From: Candidatus Thorarchaeota archaeon
GTDB lineage: Archaea; Asgardarchaeota; Heimdallarchaeia; Hodarchaeales; Hodarchaeaceae
DNA: 32,000 nucleotides
Reading direction: 5' to 3'
NCBI GenBank assembly: GCA_048882505.1
Contig: JBHLRO010000019.1
Coordinates: 37,863-69,862 of the forward strand
Positions 1 to 8,164 of this stretch are shown here, in pieces. The first letter of the stretch is position 1. Each line of letters starts with the position of its first letter. The notes beneath the pieces were generated by a model that did no database searches, was not told where the DNA came from, and saw only the letters and a list, made by a program, of their open reading frames with translations. Made by a program: the position numbers and the translations under genes.

Positions 1-28
1 TCATTTCACGTCAGAAAGTATTTTTGAG

Positions 29-1210
29 TTATGTGTTAATGAATGGGTTTAATTTTTTTAAAAAACGAGTGGCAATTTGAGATTGGACTTCTGTCCCTTT
101 TTCTAGCCATTGATTCATAATCGATTCCAGTGTCGTGCCGAGATCAGGGAAATCTTCATCAACGACATTGTTATTTACGATTTTATCTTCAAGGATTTCA
201 TCAAGCGCGTTTTCAATCAGATTCTGAGTTTTTATACGGGTTACTGGTCTATTCAACCATGGAATAAGGTGGTGAACCGCTTCAAAAGGCGCGGCTCCAA
301 TAAGCTGAGCAAGTACATGCTTCAAGATCCATTCAACATTCTCATTTGATATATTGAGTACAGGCCGAAGGTAATTTAGGGCACGCCGAGGTTGGGAACG
401 TCCAGGTACTTCAACACCGTGAATTAACCAATCTATAAGATAGGGTTCTTGGCTTTCCACCCACTCTTTTGTATTCTCGAACATTTCCTCTGAATAATTA
501 CGCCAGGACGCATAAAGGATGAAATCCAATACACGAGTATATGCTTCTTTTTTCATCAATAACAATCTACGATATGATTCTAATTTCTGGAGGTCAGGCT
601 GGGGATTATAGAAATGGTCTACTAGTAGAAGAAAGGGGAGAATTGATTGGGATAGGGATGTAATTTCTTGAAAGGTTAGCGAAGTTAAAGATACTTGCTG
701 TTTTTTCAAGGTTTTTGCGACAATCTCGCCTGCTTTCTTCAGTGACGGGAAGTGATTCCTACGATCCCATTTCTCGAAATCTAGGGTCAATGAGTCGAAG
801 TCTCGACTTCGTATCTTTCCCCAAACTGTTTGAATCTCTTGTCTTATTTCCCTCTCCGTTTCAGGAATCAATTGCGTCAAATCTGGATACAAAGGGGATC
901 CTTTGGAATTGATCTGATTTGGTATCTGGATAGATTCAACCGACCCTAATGATTTAAGAACCAGTAGCTTTATTGTTTCTTTGGTTCCCTTCAAGTGATC
1001 AGATTTTTCTTGTAATATTGCTTCGATACGTTCAGATTGCCTTTCAGAGATCCGCCAGCGTTTTCTCTCTTCTTCAGTAAGTCTCAGTGACACATATCCT
1101 TTTGAAAGCCATATTTCAATATTATTAGACCAATAAAGCTCTCGAAGAATTGGGATCCATGATGGATCCAGATGAGCGACCAAAACAGAGCTTAAATCAG
1201 CAGAAGTCAT
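29..1210 (-). CDS. Hypothetical protein, 393 aa, predicted all-alpha; C-terminal half is weakly HEAT/ARM-repeat-like (AlkD-like)
   Basis: Long ORF with ATG start and amphipathic helical periodicity (e.g. NENVEWILKHVLAQLIGAAPFEAVHHLIPWL). No catalytic motif recognised. The CDS is well supported; the fold is a guess. Confidence 0.6.
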   Translation of the reverse strand: MTSADLSSVLVAHLDPSWIPILRELYWSNNIEIWLSKGYVSLRLTEEERKRWRISERQSERIEAILQEKSDHLKGTKETIKLLVLKSLGSVESIQIPNQINSKGSPLYPDLTQLIPETEREIRQEIQTVWGKIRSRDFDSLTLDFEKWDRRNHFPSLKKAGEIVAKTLKKQQVSLTSLTFQEITSLSQSILPFLLLVDHFYNPQPDLQKLESYRRLLLMKKEAYTRVLDFILYASWRNYSEEMFENTKEWVESQEPYLIDWLIHGVEVPGRSQPRRALNYLRPVLNISNENVEWILKHVLAQLIGAAPFEAVHHLIPWLNRPVTRIKTQNLIENALDEILEDKIVNNNVVDEDFPDLGTTLESIMNQWLEKGTEVQSQIATRFLKKLNPFINT

Positions 1211-1351
1211 TCATTTCTACCCTTGCCCCGATATTTGTTCCTTTCATTTGAATGTTGGTTTTCTACTTGGAGCTTTTCGACCACGATTTCGCCCTGGGGT
1301 AGGTAGGTTTAGGATAGGAATCCTGCTCTCGGCCGCTTTAGGTAGATTTTA

Positions 1352-2251
1352 TTAAGGAAAAAGCCAGGCCAATGGAGGATTTGATTTATCGTGGCTTTTT
1401 GTACAGGGAATAGAGCTATAACGCAATGATCGAATCAGTTCGAACAGCAAATCAGGTACACAAGGGTATCCAACTATGAGATGCGCCCCGTAATGCGTGA
1501 ATGTTTCAATCCGTGTCTTGAAATTCCATGAAGACAGCACGTAATGTTGAAAGCGAGAACGTAATATCCGTTGAGCCACTTGAGGTAACCTCTCCCACTC
1601 TACTGAAAGAGTACGGGGATTGATTTTTTCCTGCTTGAGTTCAAGCAAAATTGGTTTTCGTCGTAAAAGATACTTCACAACTATCCTTACGGCCTCCTCT
1701 TCAGGAAGGAGCTGGGCCATCGGCATATATACTGCATATGGCCCCGGGAGATGGTTGGAAAGGACAGCTCGAGGATCGCCATAGAGGAGGAATGGTATTA
1801 TGGAGCCGTAATGTTTGGCTACCTTACCAATAAGCTTGGATGACAGATTTTCTCCCCCGAGAAAGAGACATTCGTCGGTCAGAGCTCTCACTCTAGTAAG
1901 AATGTTATGAAATGCTTTAGCTACTGGGATTTTTGGGTCAACAGACGAGTAGTCTGGGGAACCTGCTACAATATTAAACATCAGATTGGGATATTTGTCA
2001 GCGATTCGGAGATAGTTTTCCAGTAGGAAATTTCGGTTTTTATAAAACTCTGCACTCCGAACAGACACTGTCAGCACAAGACGATTCCGAATTTGACCTA
2101 AAATAACCCCAAGCTGCTCAGGAGTCAAGAGCCATTCTTGGCCTTCATAATCAAGAAAAATAAATTGATGATATTGATCCGCATATATGATGGTTTCTAA
2201 ATACTCCCGCGTTGTATGGAAATCTGAGCGTTTAAGCGCAATTCCTGTTAT
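1352..2251 (-). CDS. Divergent luciferase-like monooxygenase (LLM, SsuD/Mer-type TIM barrel) family protein; start uncertain (track TTG 2128; frame open to 2284)
   Basis: By manual translation the frame extends upstream as ...TITGIALKRSDFHTTREYLETIIYADQYHQFIFLDYEGQEWLL-TPEQL. IRNRLVLTVSVRS, LMFNIVAGSP and LFLGGEN resemble the SsuD-type segments TQRLKFLVALRP, ALFNLVTGSD and LYFGGS, in the correct order. Confidence 0.5.
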   Translation of the reverse strand: MTGIALKRSDFHTTREYLETIIYADQYHQFIFLDYEGQEWLLTPEQLGVILGQIRNRLVLTVSVRSAEFYKNRNFLLENYLRIADKYPNLMFNIVAGSPDYSSVDPKIPVAKAFHNILTRVRALTDECLFLGGENLSSKLIGKVAKHYGSIIPFLLYGDPRAVLSNHLPGPYAVYMPMAQLLPEEEAVRIVVKYLLRRKPILLELKQEKINPRTLSVEWERLPQVAQRILRSRFQHYVLSSWNFKTRIETFTHYGAHLIVGYPCVPDLLFELIRSLRYSSIPCTKSHDKSNPPLAWLFP

Positions 2252-2312
2252 AGTCGGCCCACTCTTAGAGAGGAACGTGATCCCTCATTTGTCTCACACC
2301 GATATGAATTGC

Positions 2313-2318
2313 ACCCCC
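2313..2318 (-). promoter_or_regulatory. Putative archaeal TATA box for the LLM-like gene
   Basis: TTAAAA on the minus strand, about 25 nt upstream of the ATG at 2288-2286, typical spacing for a leaderless archaeal transcript. Confidence 0.35.
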
Positions 2319-2453
2319 CCAGTTTTAAGAACCCTAAAACAGGTTAACATTTGTAATTTGCTTTAAAAGAACTTATAACGCATATTTTCTTCATTTTCCA
2401 TAATCTTTAAGGAGTTTGGAATTAGTCCGCGCTCATTGATCTATAATACATCC

Positions 2454-3191
2454 TTAAGAATTATTTGGGGAAAAAATTTCGAATATATTTATACCTTGAA
2501 GTCCCAACAACAGCCAAATCGCATAAACCAGGCTTAAAGTTGCTATTGATAGATTTATGACCCGTGTTACCCGTTTTTGTCCGAATCTTTTTGCTGGATA
2601 GTTAACTGAGATACCATATCCGATCATTCCCATAATAACGCCAACTGTGAAGAGTAGAACACCAAAAAGAATACCAAGAAGATCTTGTATGCCCAGAGTT
2701 AATGTAAATAGTAATAGTAGCTCATCATTGCTCGCTATGCCATGGATGACGCCAATTCCAACCATGGTGCCGTGTTCGCGTTGTGAAGACGTTGAAAGAT
2801 GAACATGCAGGTGAGTATGCTCTTTCGCGTCTGCCACATCTGTTACACCATGCGAATGCCTATGAAAATGTATTAGATTGAATTCCCAGGCGATTGTAAA
2901 CAGGGCAATGACTATAAGCATAACAGGGACAAGTAATTCTAGATTTGCGAGCATGGGGAGAAAAATACTCTCACGAAAGATAAACAAGACAATAGTTAGC
3001 ACGGTAGCCGTAGCCATATGACCTAAAGCCCAAGATACGCTCAAGGAAATCGTTTTCCTCGTTGTCTGGGAATGAGTCAAGAGGCCAGAGACCGCCACAA
3101 GATGGTCCGCATCAAAAGCATGTTTTACACCTAAAAGTATTGCGATGACCAGTAATCCAAGTATATATGATGTATCTAACGTGCTTTCCAT
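2454..3191 (-). CDS. NiCoT-like (UreH/SodT-type) nickel/cobalt transporter
   Basis: Signature KHAFDADH in TM2, His-rich loop HFHRHSHG...EHTHLHVH, second motif GVIHGIAS, about six hydrophobic segments. Confidence 0.85.
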   Translation of the reverse strand: MESTLDTSYILGLLVIAILLGVKHAFDADHLVAVSGLLTHSQTTRKTISLSVSWALGHMATATVLTIVLFIFRESIFLPMLANLELLVPVMLIVIALFTIAWEFNLIHFHRHSHGVTDVADAKEHTHLHVHLSTSSQREHGTMVGIGVIHGIASNDELLLLFTLTLGIQDLLGILFGVLLFTVGVIMGMIGYGISVNYPAKRFGQKRVTRVINLSIATLSLVYAIWLLLGLQGINIFEIFSPNNS

Positions 3192-3313
3192 TCCTCCAGC
3201 ATTTAGTTGTCTTAACTAGTCTATGCCACCTCTTATAGAAATCGATTATATATCTATTTTCGTAGATTTCGTTCTATCTTCGAACAAAATCGGACTGGCT
3301 AGTAGCCGTGAAA

Positions 3314-4003
3314 CTAGATTAACGCCTTTTGCGCGGCAATACCAATCCAGCCAGGAACATGACGTATTTTCCGAATAACAAGATTTTCATGGTGAAACAA
3401 TTTTATAAATGAACCTAGTTTGATTGGTTCCTCAAATCCAAAAATCCACTGCCCAGAATGCTCGAGATACCACCTATTGATACGATATGGGATATCTGGA
3501 GTAGGAACCCAACTTACGAGCCATCCATCTGGCTTTACATGCTTACTGTGGTTATGAAAAGCAATCTTTTGGATGGATGGTTTGAAATGTTCTAATAATC
3601 CATGGGAATGAACCATATCGAACCGAATGGAAAGGGAAAGATTCAGTACATCTTCTAGTATGAAATTCGCTCTAATTTGGGCATGTATAAATCGTCGTTT
3701 GGCCATTGCTAGAGCCAATGGAGAAGTATCAACCAGTGTTGGCCGTAAATTGTAACGTTTGGCCAGACGAAGAGAATTCTGCCCTGTTGACGCTCCGATT
3801 TCTAACATGCTGCCATGGGGGATTTTTAATCCCTGTAAAAGCCAACGATAGTTACGCCAGACGGTAAAAAAGTAATAGGCCCGAATTATGATCGAATTGG
3901 TTGAATGAGCATAAGTATCCCAATCAGCTGGAGGGATTGCCATTATTTTCGAAAAATTAGTTGCGATAATTAAATGGTTTCGCTCCTTAGGACATTTTAC
4001 CAA
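3314..4003 (-). CDS. Class I SAM-dependent methyltransferase
   Basis: Motif I MLEIGASTG, acidic motif LVDTS, then EDVL and FDMVHSHGLLEHF. The true start may be the second Met (MAIPP). Confidence 0.85.
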   Translation of the reverse strand: MVKCPKERNHLIIATNFSKIMAIPPADWDTYAHSTNSIIIRAYYFFTVWRNYRWLLQGLKIPHGSMLEIGASTGQNSLRLAKRYNLRPTLVDTSPLALAMAKRRFIHAQIRANFILEDVLNLSLSIRFDMVHSHGLLEHFKPSIQKIAFHNHSKHVKPDGWLVSWVPTPDIPYRINRWYLEHSGQWIFGFEEPIKLGSFIKLFHHENLVIRKIRHVPGWIGIAAQKALI

Positions 4004-4114
4004 CAGTTAGGGCATCAAAAAGTATTCAAAGGCTATAAATAACGAATTACTCCCCTTGATTGAACGGATGACCAAAGTATAGTTGTATAAATTGTGAATG
4101 CGTTGACTGTTCTC

Positions 4115-5224
4115 CTAAGGAGATTGCGAGATGCTTTGGTATGTCTGGAAGAGAGATTGGGCTAAATCTCCTGATAATAAGTTTAAATCCTCAATATCAA
4201 ATCGTGAAAGAAACGAATAAATGTATTCGGGCAAATTAACCTTTCTTAAGTCAATCTGTAGCAGATGTTGTTCAAGTTGTGGAAGAAGCGGACTCGGAAT
4301 TTTCCCCAATTTATCGATGATGCGAATTTCAGTTAGAAAGGAACCTTGAATCCCGCATTGTATACGGAACAGTCCGCTCGATGTATTAAAACTCCTTTGC
4401 ACAACAAATGCATCTGAATGGATCTTTACTTTCCATATAGAAGTCTGGGTTTGCGGCGTTTTGCTGAGAGGCCATTCTGTTTTCAGGGGCGTCTTTTGTA
4501 GCTTGTACATCAAAGCAAGAGTCTCCGGATGAAGACTTTTTGGTGTCAGCTGAAGATTCAGGTGTGATTCAAAGTATTCCACGAACGTTTGTAACAGTTC
4601 ATTGCGAGGGGGGACAAATCCGATTTGATTTCGGACGCTGGTAATCCCAGATTCCATTAGTCTGCGAACGGTTCCTCGAAAGTCCTCATTTGGAACTTTC
4701 AGAATCCGAGCCATTTCGTCGTATGGGAACTCTAAGAGGATATTACCAACAAGGGCTTGGGCCTCTTCGTATAGACCGGCCGCATTCCCCGAGATTTTGC
4801 GTCCATCAACTCGAATTTCGTTAGCTGGATAATAAACAGCGTTAATCCCATAATGTTGGCACGTTTGAACGGCAGGGCCAAGTAGCTTGGCATAAAAACT
4901 TTTAACATGTCGTGGTACAATGCTGGAATTGATATGAGTAATCACGTGATAAAAAAACTGATTTGAGTCCAGATAGACGGTACCACCTCCACAGGCACGC
5001 TGGTACACAGGAAGATTCTTAGATTCACAGTACTCGATGTCCACCACTTGATCCATGATCTGGTTAAAGCCACAGGATACAAAGGGATGTTTCGGCCAAT
5101 CAATGATCAAGATATCGTTTTCTTGAATTCCTCGACTCCGAGCCAAGGCCGCCGCATGCCAGATCGTTTGCGTATCAATACCGGCACATGCACCGTAAAG
5201 TATCAAATCCCACTGCGGAACCAT
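4115..5224 (-). CDS. lplA: Lipoate-protein ligase A family protein (catalytic domain plus C-terminal domain)
   Basis: QRACGGGTVYLD (RxxGGGxV motif), NEIRVDGRKISGNA with the catalytic Lys, PFVSCGFNQ. Start placed at ATG 5224 (MVPQW) rather than TTG 5242. Confidence 0.88.
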   Translation of the reverse strand: MVPQWDLILYGACAGIDTQTIWHAAALARSRGIQENDILIIDWPKHPFVSCGFNQIMDQVVDIEYCESKNLPVYQRACGGGTVYLDSNQFFYHVITHINSSIVPRHVKSFYAKLLGPAVQTCQHYGINAVYYPANEIRVDGRKISGNAAGLYEEAQALVGNILLEFPYDEMARILKVPNEDFRGTVRRLMESGITSVRNQIGFVPPRNELLQTFVEYFESHLNLQLTPKSLHPETLALMYKLQKTPLKTEWPLSKTPQTQTSIWKVKIHSDAFVVQRSFNTSSGLFRIQCGIQGSFLTEIRIIDKLGKIPSPLLPQLEQHLLQIDLRKVNLPEYIYSFLSRFDIEDLNLLSGDLAQSLFQTYQSISQSP

Positions 5225-5248
5225 TGCTTGTGCGCAACTCAATTATCA

Positions 5249-5254
5249 TTTAAA
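5249..5254. promoter_or_regulatory. Palindromic TATA box (TTTAAA) between divergent lplA and cofD
   Basis: Lies in the 51-nt gap, about 27 nt from the lplA ATG (5224) and about 25 nt from the cofD ATG (5276). Confidence 0.45.
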
Positions 5255-5275
5255 ATATTCGGGTTTTCGAAGAAA

Positions 5276-6202
5276 ATGACCCGTATCCTTTTTCTATCTG
5301 GAGGAACAGGAACCCCAAAACTTCTCCAAGGAGCAATCCGCGCTCTTTCCCTAAAAGACGTTGCGATAATCGGAAATACTGGCGACGATTGGAATTTTTA
5401 CGGATTACATGTGTCACCTGATGTTGACAGCGTTTTGCTTACGCTAACAGATCTTATTGACACCGCAAAATGGTGGGGGATAGATGGAGACAGTTTTAAC
5501 CTTATTGAATTCCTTCGTACCCGACTTCAGGAGGACGTTTGGTTCAATCTAGGTGATTTTGATGCGGGTCTCTGTTTATATCGAACCCATCTCCTTAACC
5601 AAGGAAATACCCTCACTGAGGCAACGGATATTATTCGAAAAAGACTGAAAATTGAACCCCAAATTCTGCCTATGGCCAATCAACATATCCAAACCAGAAT
5701 CAATACTTCCTCTGGAATCATGCATCTACAAGAATTTTGGGTTAAACATCGGGGAAAACTAGAAGTTCAAGACGTTTTCTATGAAGGGGATTTAACGATG
5801 ACCACCTCTGGGGTCATACACGCCATTGAGAGGGCAGATATTGTTATCTTTGGTCCGGGCAATCCTGTTTCTTCCATAGGGCCAATACTCGCCATTCGCC
5901 CACTTCGAGACGCTCTTCGAAACACTTCGGCGCACAAACTCGCAATTAGTCCTATTATAGGTGAAGATCCTGTATCAGGACCAACAGGCACCTTTTTGAA
6001 CGCTTGGAACATTCCTACCTCTCCTATGGCAATAATAACTCTCTTCGGCGATGTCTTGGACGGCATTATGATTCATACCTCTGATAAGAACCTAAGTGGA
6101 CGTATTAGGCAACATAATATCACACCTATTATCGAAAATATCCTAATACGTTCTGTTCCAGATGCGGAAAGATTAATGCAAAGAATTTTGGATTATAGGT
6201 GA
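5276..6202 (+). CDS. cofD: 2-phospho-L-lactate transferase (LPPG:FO transferase), coenzyme F420 biosynthesis
   Basis: LSGGTGTPKL, GNTGDD, LHVSPDVD, WWGIDGDSF, WFNLGDFD, HLQEFWV, GPGNPVSSIGPIL. Start at ATG 5276 (308 aa); the track's extension to 5048 overlaps lplA and is not credible. Confidence 0.95.
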   Translation: MTRILFLSGGTGTPKLLQGAIRALSLKDVAIIGNTGDDWNFYGLHVSPDVDSVLLTLTDLIDTAKWWGIDGDSFNLIEFLRTRLQEDVWFNLGDFDAGLCLYRTHLLNQGNTLTEATDIIRKRLKIEPQILPMANQHIQTRINTSSGIMHLQEFWVKHRGKLEVQDVFYEGDLTMTTSGVIHAIERADIVIFGPGNPVSSIGPILAIRPLRDALRNTSAHKLAISPIIGEDPVSGPTGTFLNAWNIPTSPMAIITLFGDVLDGIMIHTSDKNLSGRIRQHNITPIIENILIRSVPDAERLMQRILDYR

Positions 6203-6205
6203 CAA

Positions 6206-6973
6206 ATTTTATCCAACAATCGTAGTATCCTTGCTGCCATGGGTGGAATTACCAATCCGTCTTTTGCTTCCACTTGTTTGGAACTAGGAGCGGGAAAGGT
6301 GTCAATTGGCGGGTATCCTGTTGGGATCGAAATGGTACGGTCGTGCCATCAAATGATTAAAAGAGGCCGAAGAGAGTTTGTCTTGCCAGTCGGAGAGGAA
6401 GCGGAAAGCATCGTTGAGAAAATTGAACCACTCCAAAGAAACATAAATCCAAATGAGCTTATAATCAATCTTCGAATAAGCAATCTGACTGATGCGCAAC
6501 GCTTCGCCAGGGTGTTTTCAACGCTGATAGGCGCACGGCCCATTATTGAGGTCAACGTTCACTGTCGCCAGCCCGAAGTAACGAACACAGGGGGAGGACA
6601 GGCCCTCTTGCAGCGTAACGAAGTTCTAAGACAGATTATTGAGACATTTCACAGAAAGGATTTTCTTGTTTCACTTAAATTTAGGGGAAACGCCGTCTCC
6701 GCTGAGAAATTTCTCCCGATGGTCAATCTATTGCCCCTTGATTTTCTTCATATTGATTCCTACCACATCGGAGAAATAGGTACTGACTTGAGTCTGTTAA
6801 GAAGCTACTCTCAAGCCACAATGATCCCTATTATTGGAAATAACTCCATTGTGGATCGTAGAAGCGCATTAGCCGCTTTAAACACAGGGGCCCGCTATTT
6901 TTCGCTAGCTAGGGCGGCCGAAAAAAACCCCGTTATATTTCAAAGTTTGAGAAATGTATCAAGGCACGACTAA
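6206..6973 (+). CDS. MJ0144/TIGR00736-like archaeal Dus-family (dihydrouridine synthase-like) TIM-barrel flavoprotein; start uncertain (track ATG 6239)
   Basis: LAAMGGITN, GGY, RGRREF, IEVNVHCRQPE, VSLKFR, LHIDS, IIGNNSI, SLARA. The conserved LAAM motif begins upstream of the track's Met. Confidence 0.85.
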   Translation: MLSNNRSILAAMGGITNPSFASTCLELGAGKVSIGGYPVGIEMVRSCHQMIKRGRREFVLPVGEEAESIVEKIEPLQRNINPNELIINLRISNLTDAQRFARVFSTLIGARPIIEVNVHCRQPEVTNTGGGQALLQRNEVLRQIIETFHRKDFLVSLKFRGNAVSAEKFLPMVNLLPLDFLHIDSYHIGEIGTDLSLLRSYSQATMIPIIGNNSIVDRRSALAALNTGARYFSLARAAEKNPVIFQSLRNVSRHD

Positions 6974-8058
6974 TCATCTGCAATTCCATATACTCCGTTG
7001 AATAAATGCAGATATTGTCTATATGCAAGCACAAAACGATCGAAAGCATATTTTTTTACTCTATTGACCACATTACTAATTTCCTGGCCTGATAATTGTT
7101 CTACTTCTATAATTTTCTCTGCATATCCATCTGGTGTCCGAGCTTTAGTTACAAAACCGTTAATCCCATCCTTTACAACTTCAGCAGCGTATCCAGCGCT
7201 CACTATTGGTGGAACACCGATAACCATTGCTTCTGCTAATTTGATTCCTGAAGCTGTATCTGGAGTGTAAAGAAGAGCATCAAAAATAGAATAATATTTC
7301 GTTACTTCACGGAAAGGAACTCTACCGGTAAAAGTCGCCCTCTCGACGTTATATTGGGTAGCGAGATTCTTTATTTCAGGAAGGAGCACTCCATCCCCTA
7401 TCATGAGAAGTGTAAGCTTTCTCTTGGTTTTCTCTTGTGCTATTCCAACAGCGTGAGGTATCAATTCTAATCCATAATGTGGAGTAAATTTGCCCAAGTA
7501 CCCAACTATGAACTCATCCTCGCCAATCTTGAGTGTTTTTCGTAAATTGCCAGAGACTGTACGTTTCAAGAAGGACTGATCTGGAGATTGTCGAATAACA
7601 CGTATCTTTGAGGGTGAAATTCCAAGACGGATTACGATCTTTTTGCTCAGCTGTGTTTCCACAATCACAGAATTTGCAAGCTTTGAAAAAATCCTACAAA
7701 GCATTACTGCAACGTAAAAACGTAATCTCCTTGTCAAATATATTCGTTGGAGCATGTCTGGGTAATAGTCTACATACTCTGCTATGACTTTTCTCTTTGA
7801 CAACCTTGAAAAAACGCCAAAAACCACCAAATAGGCGTTTTCAACAAGAAGTATGTCGTATTTTTTACGCAAAAGGCGTGGTATTGTGAGGATAAATCCG
7901 ATTATGTATCCCAAATAATAACCAAGAGCACGTACCGGAGATATATTGATTTCGTCATAGAAGGTGAACTCTGTGAGACGTTCTTTGATAAAATCTATAC
8001 GTTGAGGAAGACGGGACGTGATATCCCAAGCAAGCACTCGAAGAGCCAAGATCTTCAA
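6970..8058 (-). CDS. GT4-family (GT-B) glycosyltransferase
   Basis: VGYLGKF, LLMIGDG, FTGRVPF, IKLAEAMVIGVPPI, EVVKDGINGF. TTG start preceded by AGGTGG. Confidence 0.9.
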   Translation of the reverse strand: MKILALRVLAWDITSRLPQRIDFIKERLTEFTFYDEINISPVRALGYYLGYIIGFILTIPRLLRKKYDILLVENAYLVVFGVFSRLSKRKVIAEYVDYYPDMLQRIYLTRRLRFYVAVMLCRIFSKLANSVIVETQLSKKIVIRLGISPSKIRVIRQSPDQSFLKRTVSGNLRKTLKIGEDEFIVGYLGKFTPHYGLELIPHAVGIAQEKTKRKLTLLMIGDGVLLPEIKNLATQYNVERATFTGRVPFREVTKYYSIFDALLYTPDTASGIKLAEAMVIGVPPIVSAGYAAEVVKDGINGFVTKARTPDGYAEKIIEVEQLSGQEISNVVNRVKKYAFDRFVLAYRQYLHLFNGVYGIADD

Positions 8059-8164
8059 TATTACTAACGGCCACCTTTTCTCGATCTAGATCGGTTGTTG
8101 AATTATTACGATAATACTAAGAATAATTGGGATAATGCCAATACTTCAGCTGTCACACTAATAA

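Noticed and set aside
110-912. Short plus-strand ORFs 110..349 and 715..912 (and similar 60-115 aa ORFs throughout the track)
   Set aside because: They are antisense or alternate-frame shadows of longer, motif-supported genes and show no recognisable motifs.
1207-1284. 25-aa minus-strand ORF (GTG...MVEKLQVENQHSNERNKYRGKGRNE) ending in an ATGA overlap with the 393-aa gene
   Set aside because: Too short, with no RBS or homology evidence; the overlap could be chance.
1296-1320. G-rich run GGGGTAGGTAGGTTTAGGATAGG resembling a two-tier G-quadruplex
   Set aside because: Only GG tracts, a single occurrence and no functional context.
5048-5275. 76-codon N-terminal extension of cofD in the ORF track
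   Set aside because: It overlaps lplA on the opposite strand; CofD homology starts at MTRILFLSGG (5276).
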